Assembly (NCBI GenBank): GCA_958009085.1
Contig: OY253673.1
Coordinates: 248,001 to 312,000, forward strand
DNA from: Protoeuglena noctilucae
Lineage: Eukaryota
Reading direction: 5' to 3'
Length of the DNA: 64,000 nucleotides
Positions 13,552 through 26,537 of the stretch are shown here, in pieces. Both the position numbers and the translations under genes were made by a program. The notes beneath the pieces were generated by a model. That model saw only the letters and a program-made list of their open reading frames with translations. It searched no databases and had not been told where the DNA came from. The first letter of the stretch is position 1. The number at the start of each line of letters is the position of its first letter.

Positions 13552-16164
13552 CTACTGCCGGATGTCGAGGTCTCCCAAGCCCTGGAGAGCGCGACCGCCA
13601 GCGTCCTGCAGAAACGAGAGGCAGTCGTTTGAATCGAACGCTGCAGCCTGCAACTGCGCTGAAGTGAACGTGCCGGGCGCGATGCTGTAGAGCTGGGCGC
13701 TTGCGTGGCGCCGGCAGCAATGGTGGCACTGGGGTTCATCGCAGCCACGGTGGCGTCGTCACCTGGTCGGGGAGTCCTTGCGCGCCGGACGCAATTCCCT
13801 TGCGCTCCATGGCCTTCTCTGCGAGCATCGACGCGACATGGACCGTCAACCGCACTTCTTCCCACCATTGCACCCTCGGGCATTGCAACGCAGGCGATGA
13901 GCATCTCGCGCCAGCTGCTGTCAGCGCCACGCCTTGCCCCGTCTCTCACCCCTCCTGGCGTCCTTGGCCTGCTGGTAGGACCGCACCAACACCTCGATGC
14001 GCGACAGCAGCGCCGCCGGCAGCGCCCGGTCCGAGTCGCCCCGTTGCTTTCCGGTGGCCACGATGCGCGCCAGGTTGCGCCACCGGTCCTTGAAGTCCAC
14101 AGACGTGCGCCCGGCGAGCTCCGGGATGCTCAGGCGAGCGATGCGCGACCACTTGCCCACCCCGTTGTCCTCCACCGCCGCCACCAGCACCTCCGTCTCC
14201 GCAACCGTCCACATACGGTTCCTGTGATAGGCGACGAGGGCTTGTGCGGTGACTACGTATATACAAGGCATGCGAGTCAGCCAGTGTCGTGCGCCACACG
14301 CAACGAGTGAGTCAGCACCACACGCAGCGACCCTCTCAATTGTGGCGGCCTCTGCAGAGCGCCGCTTGCGACGCGGCAGCCCGCAACACTGCACCCCCCC
14401 GCCGCTCACTTCTTCCCCGTCGCTGCCGGTTTGGTGGGGGGCCCCGTGGCCTCCCCCCGGTCGTCGAGAAAGAGCGCCCTCGTGTCGGTCCCACGGTCTG
14501 GGTCCTCCTGGGGCACCTGACGGGGCGTCTTGGTCACCGGGGCGCCCTGCGACGACGATGGCGTCGATGCTGTCAATGACACTCCCATCCCTACCTTCCA
14601 AGCCACACCTCTCGACCACCGTCTCCCCACCCTCGCTGGGTGGGCTGCGCGAAGTGCGACCGGCAAGGCGCAGCTGGCGGATGTCCAAAGAGACACTGCG
14701 TCAGCATTTCTCACCTCAGGCACCCGTGGCCCGTCGTCCTTCTCCCCCGCCAGCAGCGCCCAGTCGCGTTTGATGCCCCGGGTGCTGCGCCCGCTGGCGT
14801 TGCTGCGCGCACCAAGCAAACGGAAACGCTACTGCCCGTTTTGCCGACGCGCCATGGAGCGCAGCAAGGCCCAGGAGGGCGCAGTGGATGGTGGCCATCG
14901 ACGGGGACTGCGTGACCCCCCTTGCATTTGAATTTGCACTCCCGTCCGTCACCTGGCGTAGCTCCCGAAACTCGAGTTGGAGATGTAGGACGATCCCCCG
15001 ACGCCAGACGAGGCCGACACGTCGGACTCGTCCACTGACGAGGCACCCGCACTCCGGTACGCGGCCATGTCGACGGAAGGCGCGACCGGGTTGCGGGTCC
15101 CTCTCGGCTCCTCGTAGGGCTCCGACGTGCGGTTCGAGTTCCGCACCGCGTTCGACTTGACGGCATGGATGCGCATCTCCGGGCCCGGCGCCGTGCGGCC
15201 CCGGCGGCCCCGCCCCTCCACCTCCATCACAGGGTATGCGTCTGCGTCGGTCAACCCCGCCCGCCCCTCGTCGTCCGCGCGGGGGAGCAGCGCCGTGCCG
15301 TGAATGTCATTGAAAAATTCGAGGCCCGAGCGGTCGAAGCCCATCGGACCGCCCGGCACCATCACTGGGGGGCCATACCCCGGCCCCGCCGGTACGGCGA
15401 ACGCGCCGTACCCGTAGTCCGCGCCCGGCGGCGGGAAGCCCTGCCCGAAGGAGCCCTGGTGCATGGGTCCATAGGAGGAGTACCCGGCCAGATCCCCGAA
15501 GTCGCCGAACGCCGGGTGGCCCGGCCTGGGCCCTGTGTTGCTGGCGTGGGCCGTGCGCGTAGCGTCCGTGGCGTCCTGCTCCATCATGTTCTGCATCAGG
15601 CGTATCCACTGCGCGCGCGATCCGGGAGGGGCGATGCGGAGGCCGCGGCCGGAGATGCGCGCCAGGAGGCGGGAAGCGCTGGGCCAACAAGTCACCGGAG
15701 GAGTGGGCTCCTTCTTCGGCTCGGGAGGGCCATCCGTGCTGTCAGCTGCCTCCATCGCCCGTCCAAATTGCGATCTCGGCTCGCCCGGCTGATCCATCGC
15801 GCCTGGGAGGGGACAGGCACTTTGGCATGGCGCGTGAGGTACCAGCTGCGACCCGGCCCGCCAGCGAAACTCCGTTACATGAGCCCCCCGCTGCGGCGCC
15901 AAGATGTCGTTTGCGACGCGCGCAGTCACCGGCGACGTGGGCCATTTGCTCGGGGGCCACGCCCGGAACCCAGCCGATGAAGTCATCCAGCCCACCGTAT
16001 CCCAGCTGCGGGCACAGCGGCCTCCAACACCATTGCGACGTTCTGGGGGTCCGCTGTGCAGCCGCCTTCCCTGAGAGCGGAGGGGAGGCGCGCCGGATGC
16101 GGGCCGGCGTTTGCAAGGTCAACGGCACGGCGCTCACCAAATCGTCGGGAGGAGGGGCCGCCAT
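13552..16164 (-). CDS. Single-Myb (telobox, TRF-like) telomere-repeat-binding-type protein with long low-complexity N-terminus
   Basis: Myb domain WTVAETEVLVAAVEDNGVGKWSRI...RTSVDFKDRWRNL at about 14070-14220 carries the telobox motif. Upstream exons (MAAPPPDDL, LGYGGLDDFIGW and most of the 14949-15995 ORF) and downstream exons (EKAMERK, DAGGRALQGLGDLDIRQ*) splice in phase. One internal junction near 14500-14715 is unresolved. Confidence 0.75.
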
Positions 16165-16614
16165 CTTGCTTGAGGTATCGAATGTCGCGTTTAATATCGC
16201 ATGCAGGGTCCCACGGGCCACGGCTCGACGTCTTGCGGACGAGTCGCGTCAAAACCGGGCCAGCGAAACATGGCGGCCACGGTCGCCCGACCTGAGGGCA
16301 CAGGGGTGGCGGGGAGCGCTATTCGTGGGCTGCAGCCGCGTGGGGCAAGTTTCTGGCAACTTGCTAGATTCCTGTTTGGCGCGATCCGTGGGCATCTCGG
16401 ACGTGCGGCTCTGCCTTCTGAAAGTAGTGCATCGCCAGTGGTCAGTAGGGTCGCCCCGGCCACTTAAGTAGGCTTGGTTCCGTGCGGGGGACCCCATCAT
16501 CGCAGTCCTGCCACGCTGCCGGCGCAGGCGGATCCGCGGACTCTGCTTCCTCCTGGATCGATCCAGCGGTCTCCAACTCAAGCGATCAGCGTTGCGTGGT
16601 CAGCCCGCGCGCCC

Positions 16615-17839
16615 ATGAGCGCGTGGGAACGGTCTCTCGCGTGGCTGGTGGCCCCCGCCGTCAACGCCCACGATGTCGCTCTCCGGGCCGCCATCTTCTG
16701 CGCCGGATGGTCTCTCCTACTAATTGTGTTCATGCTACTGCTTCCCAACAAGTCTTTCGAGTACACGAACAGGCGAGTGCTTGGGGGGAGGGTGGTGAGT
16801 TCACCCAGGGCTTGCAGGATGGGAAATTGACCTCGGGGGAGAGGGGGCGCGACCCAAAACACCCCCATCCTGCTGTCTGGGCGTGGCCCTGACGTGTCCC
16901 ACGTCTTTGCCGCTCTCCTCCTCAGGCTCGTGAGCATCGCCCACGCCGTTCTGTGCGTGGTGATGTTCGCGCCCGACGTCATGCAAGGGCAGTGGAGTGG
17001 CTACGCTGCGCCGAACGACCTTAAGACGACCTGGAAGGTTCTCGTGTGCGTCGGTGAGCGCCCGGGGACGCAGACCTCCCAATCGTGTCACCCCGCTGCC
17101 ACCGCGTGCCGCTCACGAGCGAGCCAGGTCCGGCTCCCCTGCCCCCAGGCTACTTCATCTACGACACGGCGTGCGTGCCCTTCCTCGACGACAAGCTCGC
17201 CAACCTCTTCCACCACATGACCGGCATCTACTGCGCGGCCATCAACCTCGCCATGGGGCACGGCATCCGCATGTTCACGGCGTGCATGGGGTGCATGGAG
17301 CTGTCGACGCCCTTCCTCCACCTCCGCGGCATTTTGCGAGAGGAGGGCCTCCGGTGCGGTGCGCCCTGCCCTGCCCGGACTCATGCCTCGCGCGCCCCTC
17401 AGCCGCCAGCATGCGATGCGATCGTGCCTTCCTCATCTCCAGGGACCATTGGGCCTTCACGGCCGTCGAGGCGGCCTTCGCGGCCATTTTCGTCTACACG
17501 CGCGGGCCCTTCGCCACCCTTTCCCTCGTCACTGCCCTCCAGGCAAGGTCGCTCACCGCCCAGTTGCCCCAGGTCGGCCCCAAGTGACACCACTGCCGCG
17601 CTCGCTAGGGGTTGTGAAAACGCCCTGCCGCCTCGCCCCTTGCCCTGCAGCTGTACTGGCAGGGCCGCATCACCGTCTGGCAGCTCCTCCCCGGAGTCAT
17701 CCTGTGGCTGGTCTCCACCGTGTGGCTCTTCAAGGTGGTGCGCATCCTGGTCGCCACCTTCACGGGCGCGCGGTCCAAGAGGGCGCAGAAGGCGCCGGAC
17801 TCCAGCAAGCCGCCCGCCAAGGTTGCCAAGGCGGCCTGA
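16615..17839 (+). CDS. TLC (TRAM/LAG1/CLN8) domain membrane protein, 5 exons
   Basis: TLC motifs NRLVSIAHA, GYFIYD, LFHH, MELSTPFLHLR and FAAIFVYTR, with several hydrophobic segments. The first intron is GC-AG (16773-16925). Confidence 0.88.
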
Positions 17840-17954
17840 CGCATATGCCCAAACACATCTCATGCTCTTACGCCGTAGTCCATCCCGTAGCTCTCCAGAA
17901 GCAGTTTTCCTCGGCCGCGGTACCCGCGGCACACGCAGCAGCGCCCTTGCTTCC

Positions 17955-19310
17955 CTACACCCGCCACGATTCAAACTCCGTCTTGGGGACGTTGCAAGAG
18001 CTGGCCCTGGCGTGCCCACCGCCGCCGTAGGCCAGGCTGACGGGCGTGGTGTCCTCGTCGCCCAGCGAACGGAACGACAGCTGCGGGAGCGACACCCGAT
18101 GGTATTTGCGAGCGCCACATCTGTCGCTGCGCGAAGCTTCGCACTGGCACTGCCCTGGCTCACCTTGATGCTGTCGGGCCCCAGCTCAGCCACGTGGTAC
18201 GCAAAGACGCTCGAGGGCCGCAGCCCCTGCGCGGCGCTCTTGCTGGCCAGCTTGTTCCCAATGTCGCTGCGGAGCTCCTCCGGGCCGTCCCCCATCAACG
18301 CCAGGCACTGGCCCCAGCCCCGGCTCTTCCCGCTCTCTCCGCCAAGCTGCACCACGAACGACGTCGCCAAGCACGCGTCCACACGCCGCTCCTGCTCCTC
18401 CAGGGCCCGCTCGCCCTCCGCGATCGCATGCTTGACGTCGATGCCGAGCAGCTGGTCGAAGATGCCCGGGTTTTTCACCGCGTCGAACTCCAAGTCCAGA
18501 GTCTTGAGGTAGGCGTAGAAGGCCTTGCTCTGCGGAGCGCACGTGTGCCACCTCGTGTTGCCGAGGCACCTGGAGACCAGTGAGGCACGCCAAGAGGGCC
18601 AGTGACGCTTGGGGTGGCATGCGTGTCGCAAAACTCACCCCAGCGACCTTCCAGCGCCAGAGGTCCCCGTCCTCCACAAACGCCACCATGCGTGCGGCAC
18701 CGTCGCTCAGCTGCGAGGGGACGGTCAGCTGCCTCAGTCTCTCTCAGAGTGCGCAATTCGACCTGCTCGCTCTGCCACGCAGTTGCATGGCCCATCGCAC
18801 CTTTGGCTGGAAGAAATCCCTGGAGATTGACGCCCCGCTGCGCTCCATGTCGAACACCACCTTCATGTTGCTCGGCCGCACCTCCCCCAGGTCCGCCATT
18901 GCCGTCTTGTGGTGGTCCAAGACCTGGACCTCCTTGCAGAGCTCGGCAAGCTTGACGGCGTAGCCGGGGGGCCCCACGAAGTCGAGCATGTAGACAGTCT
19001 CGTCCCCACTCAGGCCGATCTCCGACGGATCGTGCTTCTTGTAGACCGTGAGCGGGACATACCTGGGACGACGAAGCAGCGAGCGCGGGTGTGTTGCAGG
19101 GAGCTGCGAGATAGAGCGGCGCAGTTAACGAGGAGGATGCCAAGGTGGACTTCGACTGACTTACCTAACGGGCTGGCCAGCCGCAGTAAAGTGCAGGTGT
19201 GCGCACAGGGCGGCGAAGACCCCGTCGACGCACGGGTAGTGGTAGCACACGACATGCTTGGGCGAGCTTGCCATGGCGATGCGTCTGGCTATGTTGAGCA
19301 GCGCTCTCAT
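17955..19310 (-). CDS. DHH/DHHA1-family phosphoesterase (nanoRNase/pAp-phosphatase-like)
   Basis: Motifs YHYPCVDG, VYMLDF, VLDHHKT, DMERSGA, VEDGDLWRWK and C-terminal LSFRS...YGGGGHARAS. There are two in-frame ATGs (19310, 19274). Confidence 0.85.
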
Positions 19311-19558
19311 GCGGCCTCCGGGTCTGCAGACCCAGCCGACCCCACCGCCCAGTTGTCACGCTCGAGACTGGCAGAGGATGCGCCAGACATCGAGACAGCG
19401 CGGCCTTCCGCACCGCGATGCACTCCTTGTTCGATCATCTGGCGATCCGCATCCACGCACACGGCTGCGAGGCTGCTCAGGCCAAGCACACTGTCTGGAT
19501 TGAGCCACACGGCGCGACTGCTCCGCCGCCGGCCCTGTGCTGATCGCTCGTTGCTCGG

Positions 19559-20210
19559 ATGGCTCAGCGGGGGGGGCTCCTCGCGGGCCGGATGTGGGCG
19601 CAGGGTGGCTTCCTGGGGTTCGCGTGCGGTGAGTCCCACGGCTCGCGGTTCTTCCACTTCCAAAGGCGAGCGGATCCACGCATTGCGTCACAGCGAGGCC
19701 TTTCCTTCGCAGGGCATGGTTTTGGAGGCGGCGCGCTCCTCCAGCTCCGCACGGCCACCAAGAAGGCGGGCGGGTCGAGCGCCAACGGCCGTGACTCGCT
19801 CCCCAAGCACCTGGGCCTCAAGTTGTCGGACGGTCAGCAAGCAAAGGTCGGCGCGATGATCTACAAGCAACGGGGGACGCGGCTGATGCCGGGGTTCGGC
19901 GTGCGGGCGGGGCGGGACGGGAGCTTGCACGCGGAGCTCCCAGGGGTCGTTCGCTACGAAACGGACAAGCGGACGGGGAGGCAGTCGGTCTCCATACAGG
20001 CGAGAGTCCAGAGACGACGCGCACGCGTGGCCGGGACTCCCGCGGAGGACGCGCTGCGACGAACGGGCATGCTGCACTGTTCCGCAGATCAGCGACGACA
20101 TCCGGGAGGCCATTACGAAGCGGTCGGCAGCTGATCCGAAGCCCTTGTTCCACGCCACGGGGTTGGTAGGCTTCAAGAGCAGTGCCAAAAGCAATGCCAC
20201 ACCGGCATAG
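19559..20210 (+). CDS. RPL27: Organellar (probably mitochondrial) ribosomal protein bL27
   Basis: ATKKAGGSSANGRDSLPKHLGLK...IYKQRGTRLMPGFGV..GRDGSLHA, with an N-terminal presequence. The last exon probably follows a GC-AG intron at 20000-20087. Confidence 0.9.
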
Positions 20211-20318
20211 CGCTGACGGATGCTGCGCTGTCTTTCCATGCCTAACTTGCTGTGCGATGCATGCATGGTCTGGGTCGTCGTCGGCGACTGTAGTTGATGC
20301 GATGCATGAGTGAAAGAG

Positions 20319-22768
20319 TCACGCGGATACGTTTGGGACCCCTGCGCCCTCAGCAGGCGCCATGATGAGTGGGGCCCCATGGTCGATGGCCCGCGCCACC
20401 AGGGGCGTGCGAGACATGCAGACGCACACGCACCCGGCGGACGGGCCAGGGACGGACCACGCTCCCTCGGAACTGCGGCCCAGGGAAGCGTGGGTGGGAC
20501 CGGTCGTGCACCGCCCCCGAACCCGGCCCTTGCTCCATCATCCCCAGGCCCGCAGCGTCTCACCTGAGCGTGTTGTGTCCATCACGGGTCAGCGTGAAGG
20601 CCGTCACTTTGCCGCCCTGGCTCGGACTCGCCACCAGCAGGTAAGGCCCCACGAACTGAAGTGCGGACACCTTGCCCAACGACAGCCCCAAGTCCAGCAT
20701 GCACGCTAGCTGATACCCTGGAGCAAGCAGAGGAGCCACAGGTTTTGGCCAGCGTACGGCGACCCATGACCTCCTCGGCACGGCCGCTGGCGACCCTCAC
20801 CTGTCCTGCAACAGGGCGGCGAGTTACGGCGGCGGCCCTCCGCCGTGTCCTGGAGATCCACCTTGGCGAAAACCGAGTCGATGCTGGACGCCACGCTCGG
20901 CGCCCTGGGGCGCGTCTGGCCCTGGCTCCAGGTGCTGCAAGGGTGACACGCACCGGGGATGCGTGGGAGGTCCCCGTGTGCATCGCTGGCACGCCAACTG
21001 CCCGCCCACCCGCACACTCGCCTCGAGACACGTCGGCTGGCCAAGATGCCCGATGACCCGCCAGCACCGTGGAGCGCCGCTGCGGGACTGCCCTGGCCGG
21101 CGTCCGTCTCTGAGTCGACATTTGTGGACGCCGGCACCGACGACCCTTGCCGGACGATGCACGCCCCCGGGTCATCCCATGCCTCGCCGCGACACTCCTG
21201 CGCGCCAGCGAACGGCCCGACGCCTCCTCGCGATGCTCCACGCGCGCCGCGCCACGATGCCTCACACAGCGCAGCTGCCTCACCGGGTCCGCCGCCCACA
21301 CCTCCGCCTCCCGCTGCCGCTCCCAGACCTTCACGACGCCCGTGTAGAGCCCCACGGCAAGTCGCGACGCATCCAGCGCCACGGCCAGGCTCGCCGGCTG
21401 CTCCTTCCCGGCCCTGCCTGTCGTCACCATGTGCACCAGCCTCACGGTGTCGTCTCCCGGACCCCGCATACACCCCGCCCCTGACTCCTGCGTGGCGCAG
21501 ACCAATTGCTCGCCCTGCAGCGACCGCACCCGCTCTGCTATGGGCCACCAGCAGCGGAGTGCCGCCCCGCACCTCGCTCTCAACCTCGGACCCGCCTCCG
21601 CCTCCGCCTCCGTTCCACGCGCTCAGGTAGTCGCAGGCAGGCGCGCAGTCCCACACGTGCAGCTGGGTGCCGATGCATGCGCCCAGGTATCGCCCCTCGG
21701 GAGACGTCCCCATGCACCACGCGACGCTGGGGCCTTTCCGGCACAACAGCGCATGCCACTGCCGCGACGATGACTCCTGCTCAGACGAGCCCACGTCCAC
21801 GGACCCACGCGTCCCAGCGGCATTCGCCGTCGCCGCGCCGTCCGCCCCCGCGGCCGGCGGCCTCTGATGCCTGGCGCTCGCCTCTGCAGGGCACGGCAGC
21901 TTGTGTGGGTTTGCCACCCAGTCAAAGACCGCAATGTTTGCCCAGGAGGACACGCCCGCTCGCTTCACCTCGCAAAGCTGTCGCGTGCGCCGCGGCGTGC
22001 CAGTCCGGGAGTGCCCACACGCGCACCGTGCCTGCCGCGTCGCCCGCCCCCACAAACAGCGCCCCGCGGTACTCCCACACGCTGACGCACTGGACGCACT
22101 CGGAGAGCAGGCGCGTGGCCACCGGGCGATCCGCGCGCACTCCGGGCATCCAGATGCTGACGCGGCCATCCCAGGCGCCCCCCACGACGACGCTGTGGCT
22201 GCCAGGCTGGCCCAGGCACGCCACGGAGCATATGGAGGCGTTCTGGTTGGGCAGGCGCGCCCACCGGGAGCCGTCTCTCGCGTCGAAGCAGATGATGTCC
22301 CCCGAAAAGACTGCAAAGGGTGTCTGGCGGGAGCAGGTCAGGGGCGGCGCAGGAAATCAAGGAACTCGCGTGCCGTGGTCTGCACCCACGCAGCCGCTCA
22401 CCTGTCCCGATGACAAGGGCATCGTCAGGCGCGCTGGCCAATTTCAGGAGCTGGCTGGGGCCCCCGCACTCCACCGGGCGCCACTGCATCGTGCGCCACA
22501 GCTGGCCGTCAGCATGCAGCGACGAGTAGCTCTGACGACTCGCTCCGTTCGGAGCCTTGACGGCGAAGTCTCGCCACAGAAGCGCGCGCCATACGGTCTC
22601 CGACCGCGCCGCGACGAGGGCCTGTTTGCACGTGCTCCCGAACCGGCAGACGTCCGTGTGTGGGAGCAGCGATAGGACGGATTCAACCACCTCCTCCGGT
22701 AGATCGAAGAGCGTTCTTTCCCCTAGACCATCGTCAGGGTCGAAAGCGCCGTTGCCGGGTGGCTCCAT
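20319..22768 (-). CDS. F-box protein with WD40-like repeats
   Basis: F-box LFDLPEEVVESVLSLLPHTDVCRFGSTCK...VWRALLWRDF. WD-like segments VVGGAWDGRVSIW, VGAGDAAGTVRVW, GTQLHVWD and AVGLYTGVVKVWE. The 3' end is inferred. Confidence 0.8.
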
Positions 22769-23040
22769 CGCCCCAGGCAGTCGTGGAGTGCGCCCACCGC
22801 CACGGGAGCACGAAAGGCCGGGACCGCGGGACGGCAGATGCCACGCAACGGACGCCCGGAACTTGAGCATGGTGAACACGGATGGCGAGGAAGCGCGGCG
22901 ACGCGAGGGTCAGCCCTAGTTTCCCTGCAGGTCAAACCCCTCCCGTTGCGCGCCCCGCGGAGCACTCAAGGCTCGGATGCTTAGCGCTCCCTTCACTTCC
23001 ACACACGTGCTTCCGCGACATAAGCTCTTTGCGCGCGGGG

Positions 23041-24369
23041 ATGGCGCTGCTGACCCTGCTGCCCATCGTGGCAGCCCTGTGCGCCGCGGGGAGCGCGATG
23101 CGCTATCATCCGCAGCATCACGTGGTGCGTTTTGGTAGTAAGATGCTGCAGGCGCCGCGGGAGGGGTGCATGTGCATCGCTGAGGCGCAGGCGACGACCT
23201 GTGCGCGCAGGCAACCGACGTTAAACGTCAAGCACGTGCACCCCATGACGCAGGAAGCCCCATGGCACTCCGAGTTCGTGGGGACGGGGCGAGCGCACCG
23301 CCCGGCGCCGGAAAACTGGGGTCTTGTGCTCACGACGCCACCATATGAGGCGCTGACGGAGGCCGAGCTGCCGCGGCAGTTCACGTGGGGCAACGTCTCG
23401 GGCACGAATTTCCTCACGCCAATTCGCAATCAGCACATTCCAACGTACTGCGGAAGTTGCTTCATTCACAGCGCCACGTCCGCCCTCATTGACCGGTGGA
23501 ATATCAAGCACAACGCCTTCGTTGGGCCGTTCAAGCTCCTCTCGGTTCAGAACGTGCTGGCATGCGGGCAGGCGGGGACCTGTGTGGAGGGTGGCGAGGA
23601 CCACCTGGTTTATGAGTACGTCCACACACACGGAATTCCCGACGAGACGTGCAACCTCTACCGGGCCGTGGACGAGGACTGCACGCCCAGGGCCGAGTGC
23701 TTCACGTGCTCTCCCGACTCTTGCTGGCCCGTCCGCGACTACAAGCGGCTAATGGTGGCGGAGTACGGCAGGTGCAGCGGCTACCACAAGATGAAGGCCG
23801 AGATATTCGGAAGGCGAGGGAGGCCAGCGCAGTGCAGCGTCATGCTAGACGTGAGCTCTGCTGACGCCGGCAGGCGAGTGCCCGCGTGCCTGCAGGGGTC
23901 CCATCTCGTGCGGCATCGCCGCGACCGAGGGACTCGATGCATACAAGGGCGGCATCTACGAGGAGTACCACGAGGACCCGCACGAAGTCGAGATCAACCA
24001 CGACGTGTCGGTGGTGGGCTGGGGCGTGGAGGAGGCCACGGGCGAGGAATACTGGATCATTCGCAACAGCTGGGGCGTGTTCTGGGGCGAGGAGGGCTTC
24101 TTCCGCGTCCCGACCAGCCGAGCGAAGGGCGGGCAAGGCAACAAGTACAACCTGTGAGTACCGTGCAGCGCGCGACATGCACCGTCCACGGTCTCGTCTG
24201 CCAGGGCCGCGACCGCCCCTGCCCGTGCTACCGCCCCTGCCCGTGCTGCCTCTGCCGGGGACACGACCACCCTTGCTCGAGCTGCCTCCGCAGGCACATC
24301 GAGGACGACTGCGTGTGGGCCGTTCCCGACGGCTGGGTGGACGCCACCACGCCTTCGGCGGCTGCCTGA
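23041..24369 (+). CDS. CTSZ: Cathepsin Z/X-like papain-family (C1A) cysteine protease with signal peptide
   Basis: Signal peptide [17 protein letters not shown], then [12 protein letters not shown] (with the cathepsin X HIP mini-loop), [23 protein letters not shown] and [13 protein letters not shown] intron at 23814-23895. Confidence 0.93.
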   Translation: MALLTLLPIVAALCAAGSAMRYHPQHHVVRFGSKMLQAPREGCMCIAEAQATTCARRQPTLNVKHVHPMTQEAPWHSEFVGTGRAHRPAPENWGLVLTTPPYEALTEAELPRQFTWGNVSGTNFLTPIRNQHIPTYCGSCFIHSATSALIDRWNIKHNAFVGPFKLLSVQNVLACGQAGTCVEGGEDHLVYEYVHTHGIPDETCNLYRAVDEDCTPRAECFTCSPDSCWPVRDYKRLMVAEYGRCSGYHKMKAEIFGRRGRPAQCSVMLDVSSADAGRRVPACLQGSHLVRHRRDRGTRCIQGRHLRGVPRGPARSRDQPRRVGGGLGRGGGHGRGILDHSQQLGRVLGRGGLLPRPDQPSEGRARQQVQPVSTVQRATCTVHGLVCQGRDRPCPCYRPCPCCLCRGHDHPCSSCLRRHIEDDCVWAVPDGWVDATTPSAAA

Positions 24370-24487
24370 CCGGACTGACCAGCACTGACGGGCAATCGGG
24401 CTGCGCGGCTAGATGGGCCCTGGTCGCCCTATCTGCGCACACAACCTAAGTTATCCATAAAGAGATTCCCGCTAGACGTTTGAAGCC

Positions 24488-26309
24488 ATGAGCGCAGCCA
24501 TCGACAGCACCCAGCTGCAGGTGTCGCGCCGTCTGCTCTGCGCGAGAGAGACTACGCTGCGATGTAGCGTATGAGGCTGAATAAGATGCACGGGATGTGC
24601 ACATTCGGACAGAAGGGCGTCTGCGGGCCGGAATCGAGCTCGTAACAACCGGCCCCTCGCAGGTCGCAGCCGACGACGAGGAGGAGACGGAGTTCGTCCC
24701 GGTCGATCAGCTGGCTGCGCAGGGGATCAATGCAGGTCGCTGAGCGATTTGAGAGCTTGCCGGCCTCCAGGGGAGCGCGGAAGGCCGATAAGGAGCTGGG
24801 CGAAAGTTTGGGCCGAGCGCGCCGATCCCGGGGATTTCCACGGTTATCGATGCGCATACCGATGTAACTTGCAACGAGTGACTCCGTGAGACCGTCTTCC
24901 TGCGCCCTGATCCCCCCCAGGCGACGTGAAGAAGCTCAAGGAGGCCGGGTTCATGACGGTCCAGGCCATCACCATGAACACGACCCGGACGCTCACGAAC
25001 GTCAAGGGCCTCTCTGAAGCCAAGGTGGAGAAGGTGACGCGGCCGCTGGGCCAGCGGAGCTGCGGGGCCCGCGACCGCCGGACCTGGCAATCGGCCAGCT
25101 CCTGCACCCTGCTCCCCCGACGCTCGGCGCCTCAGCGCGGCCGCGTCGCGCCCGACCGCAGATCGTGGAGGCGGCGACGAAGCTCCTGCCCGAGTACGGC
25201 TTCGTTTCCGGGACCATGGCCCTCCAGAGGCGCAAGTCGACGGTGCTGCACATCACGACGGGCTGCGAGGCGCTCAACCAGATCCTCGGGGGAGGTCCGA
25301 GATGCTCAGACACACGGAACGCGATGGCTGAAGCTGCCTGTATAAGCCGTGAAGCTTGACCCGTGAGTCCCCCTGCCCACCTGCAGGCGTCGAGACGCAG
25401 TCCATTACGGAGCTCTTTGGCGAGTACCGCACGGGCAAGACCCAGATCTGCCACACGCTGTGCGTGACGTGCCAGCTCCCCACGGAGATGGGCGGAGGGG
25501 CCGGGAAGGCTGCCTACATCGACACCGAGGGGACCTTCCGTCCGGAGAAGGTGGCTGCCATCGCGGACCGCTTTGGACTCGACGCCGAGGCCGTCCTGGA
25601 CAACATCCTCGTGGCACGGGCCTTCACGTACGAGATGCAGCTCAACCTCATCGCGGCTGTGGCGGCGAAGGCGAGGCGGGGTCGGGGCAGGCGATGGCGC
25701 AGCCAAGACTATTGCACAGACTGCTCAGACTGCCGGCCGGCAGGGTCGTGCGCCTCGCTGCGCCTACCGCGTCTGCACCGCCCTGGCCCCGCAGATGGTC
25801 GAGGAGCCCTTCAAGATGCTCATCATCGACTCGATCATGGGCCTCCTCAAGCACGACTTCACGGGGCGCGGGGAGCTCAGCGAGCGCCAGCAGATCCTCG
25901 GGCAGATGCTCAGCAAGCTCAAGAAGCTGGCGTACGAGTTCAACTTGGCCATCGTCATCACCAACCAGGTCATCAGCGATCCTTCAGGGGGCGCCGTCTT
26001 CGTCTCGGACCCCAAGAAGCCCATCGGCGGACACGGTGAGCGATCTCGCGGGTCTCTTGCGTCTCGCGGCATGCCTCGCGCTGCGGAAGCCCCGCTGTGG
26101 CAGCTGTCGCTGCCCCCCGGAGGGCGGTCATGCAGACTCCGCCGCGCCATTCAACTGCAGTGCTGGCCCACGCCGTGACCCACCGCATCAGCCTCCGGAA
26201 GGGCAAGGGGGAGCAGCGCATTGCCAAGCTGGTGGACAGCCCCGCGCTCGCCGAGGCCGACGCCTCCTTCTGCATCTCCGAGGGAGGGGTCCAAGAGTAC
26301 AAGGACTAG
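24488..26309 (+). CDS. DMC1: Meiotic recombinase DMC1, 7 exons
   Basis: [87 protein letters not shown] and [17 protein letters not shown] and KGKGEQR are DMC1-type rather than RAD51-type. Confidence 0.93.
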
Positions 26310-26537
26310 GCCGCGAGAGAGACAGGGTAGAGTGTAGGAAGAACGGACAGTGCACAAACGGAGCTATGTCATGGCGCCAGGGGTACCCCTAGTCGTGCCC
26401 GCGCTGCTCGTCGCCCTAGCACCGCTCTGGCAAACGGTGCTGCACTACCCTGCGGAGAGGAGGGCGGCGGCGGCGGTTTTGTGAAAAATGACAACTGGCT
26501 GTAAGAACAAAGCGACGATGCTACAGGCCCAGAGGGC

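Noticed and set aside
13126..13632. Plus-strand ORF containing RYLAKWKG, reminiscent of the chromodomain YLVKWKG motif
   Set aside because: It lacks the downstream TWEP motif and aromatic-cage residues, has no ATG start, and overlaps the last exon and 3' region of the Myb gene in antisense; probably chance.
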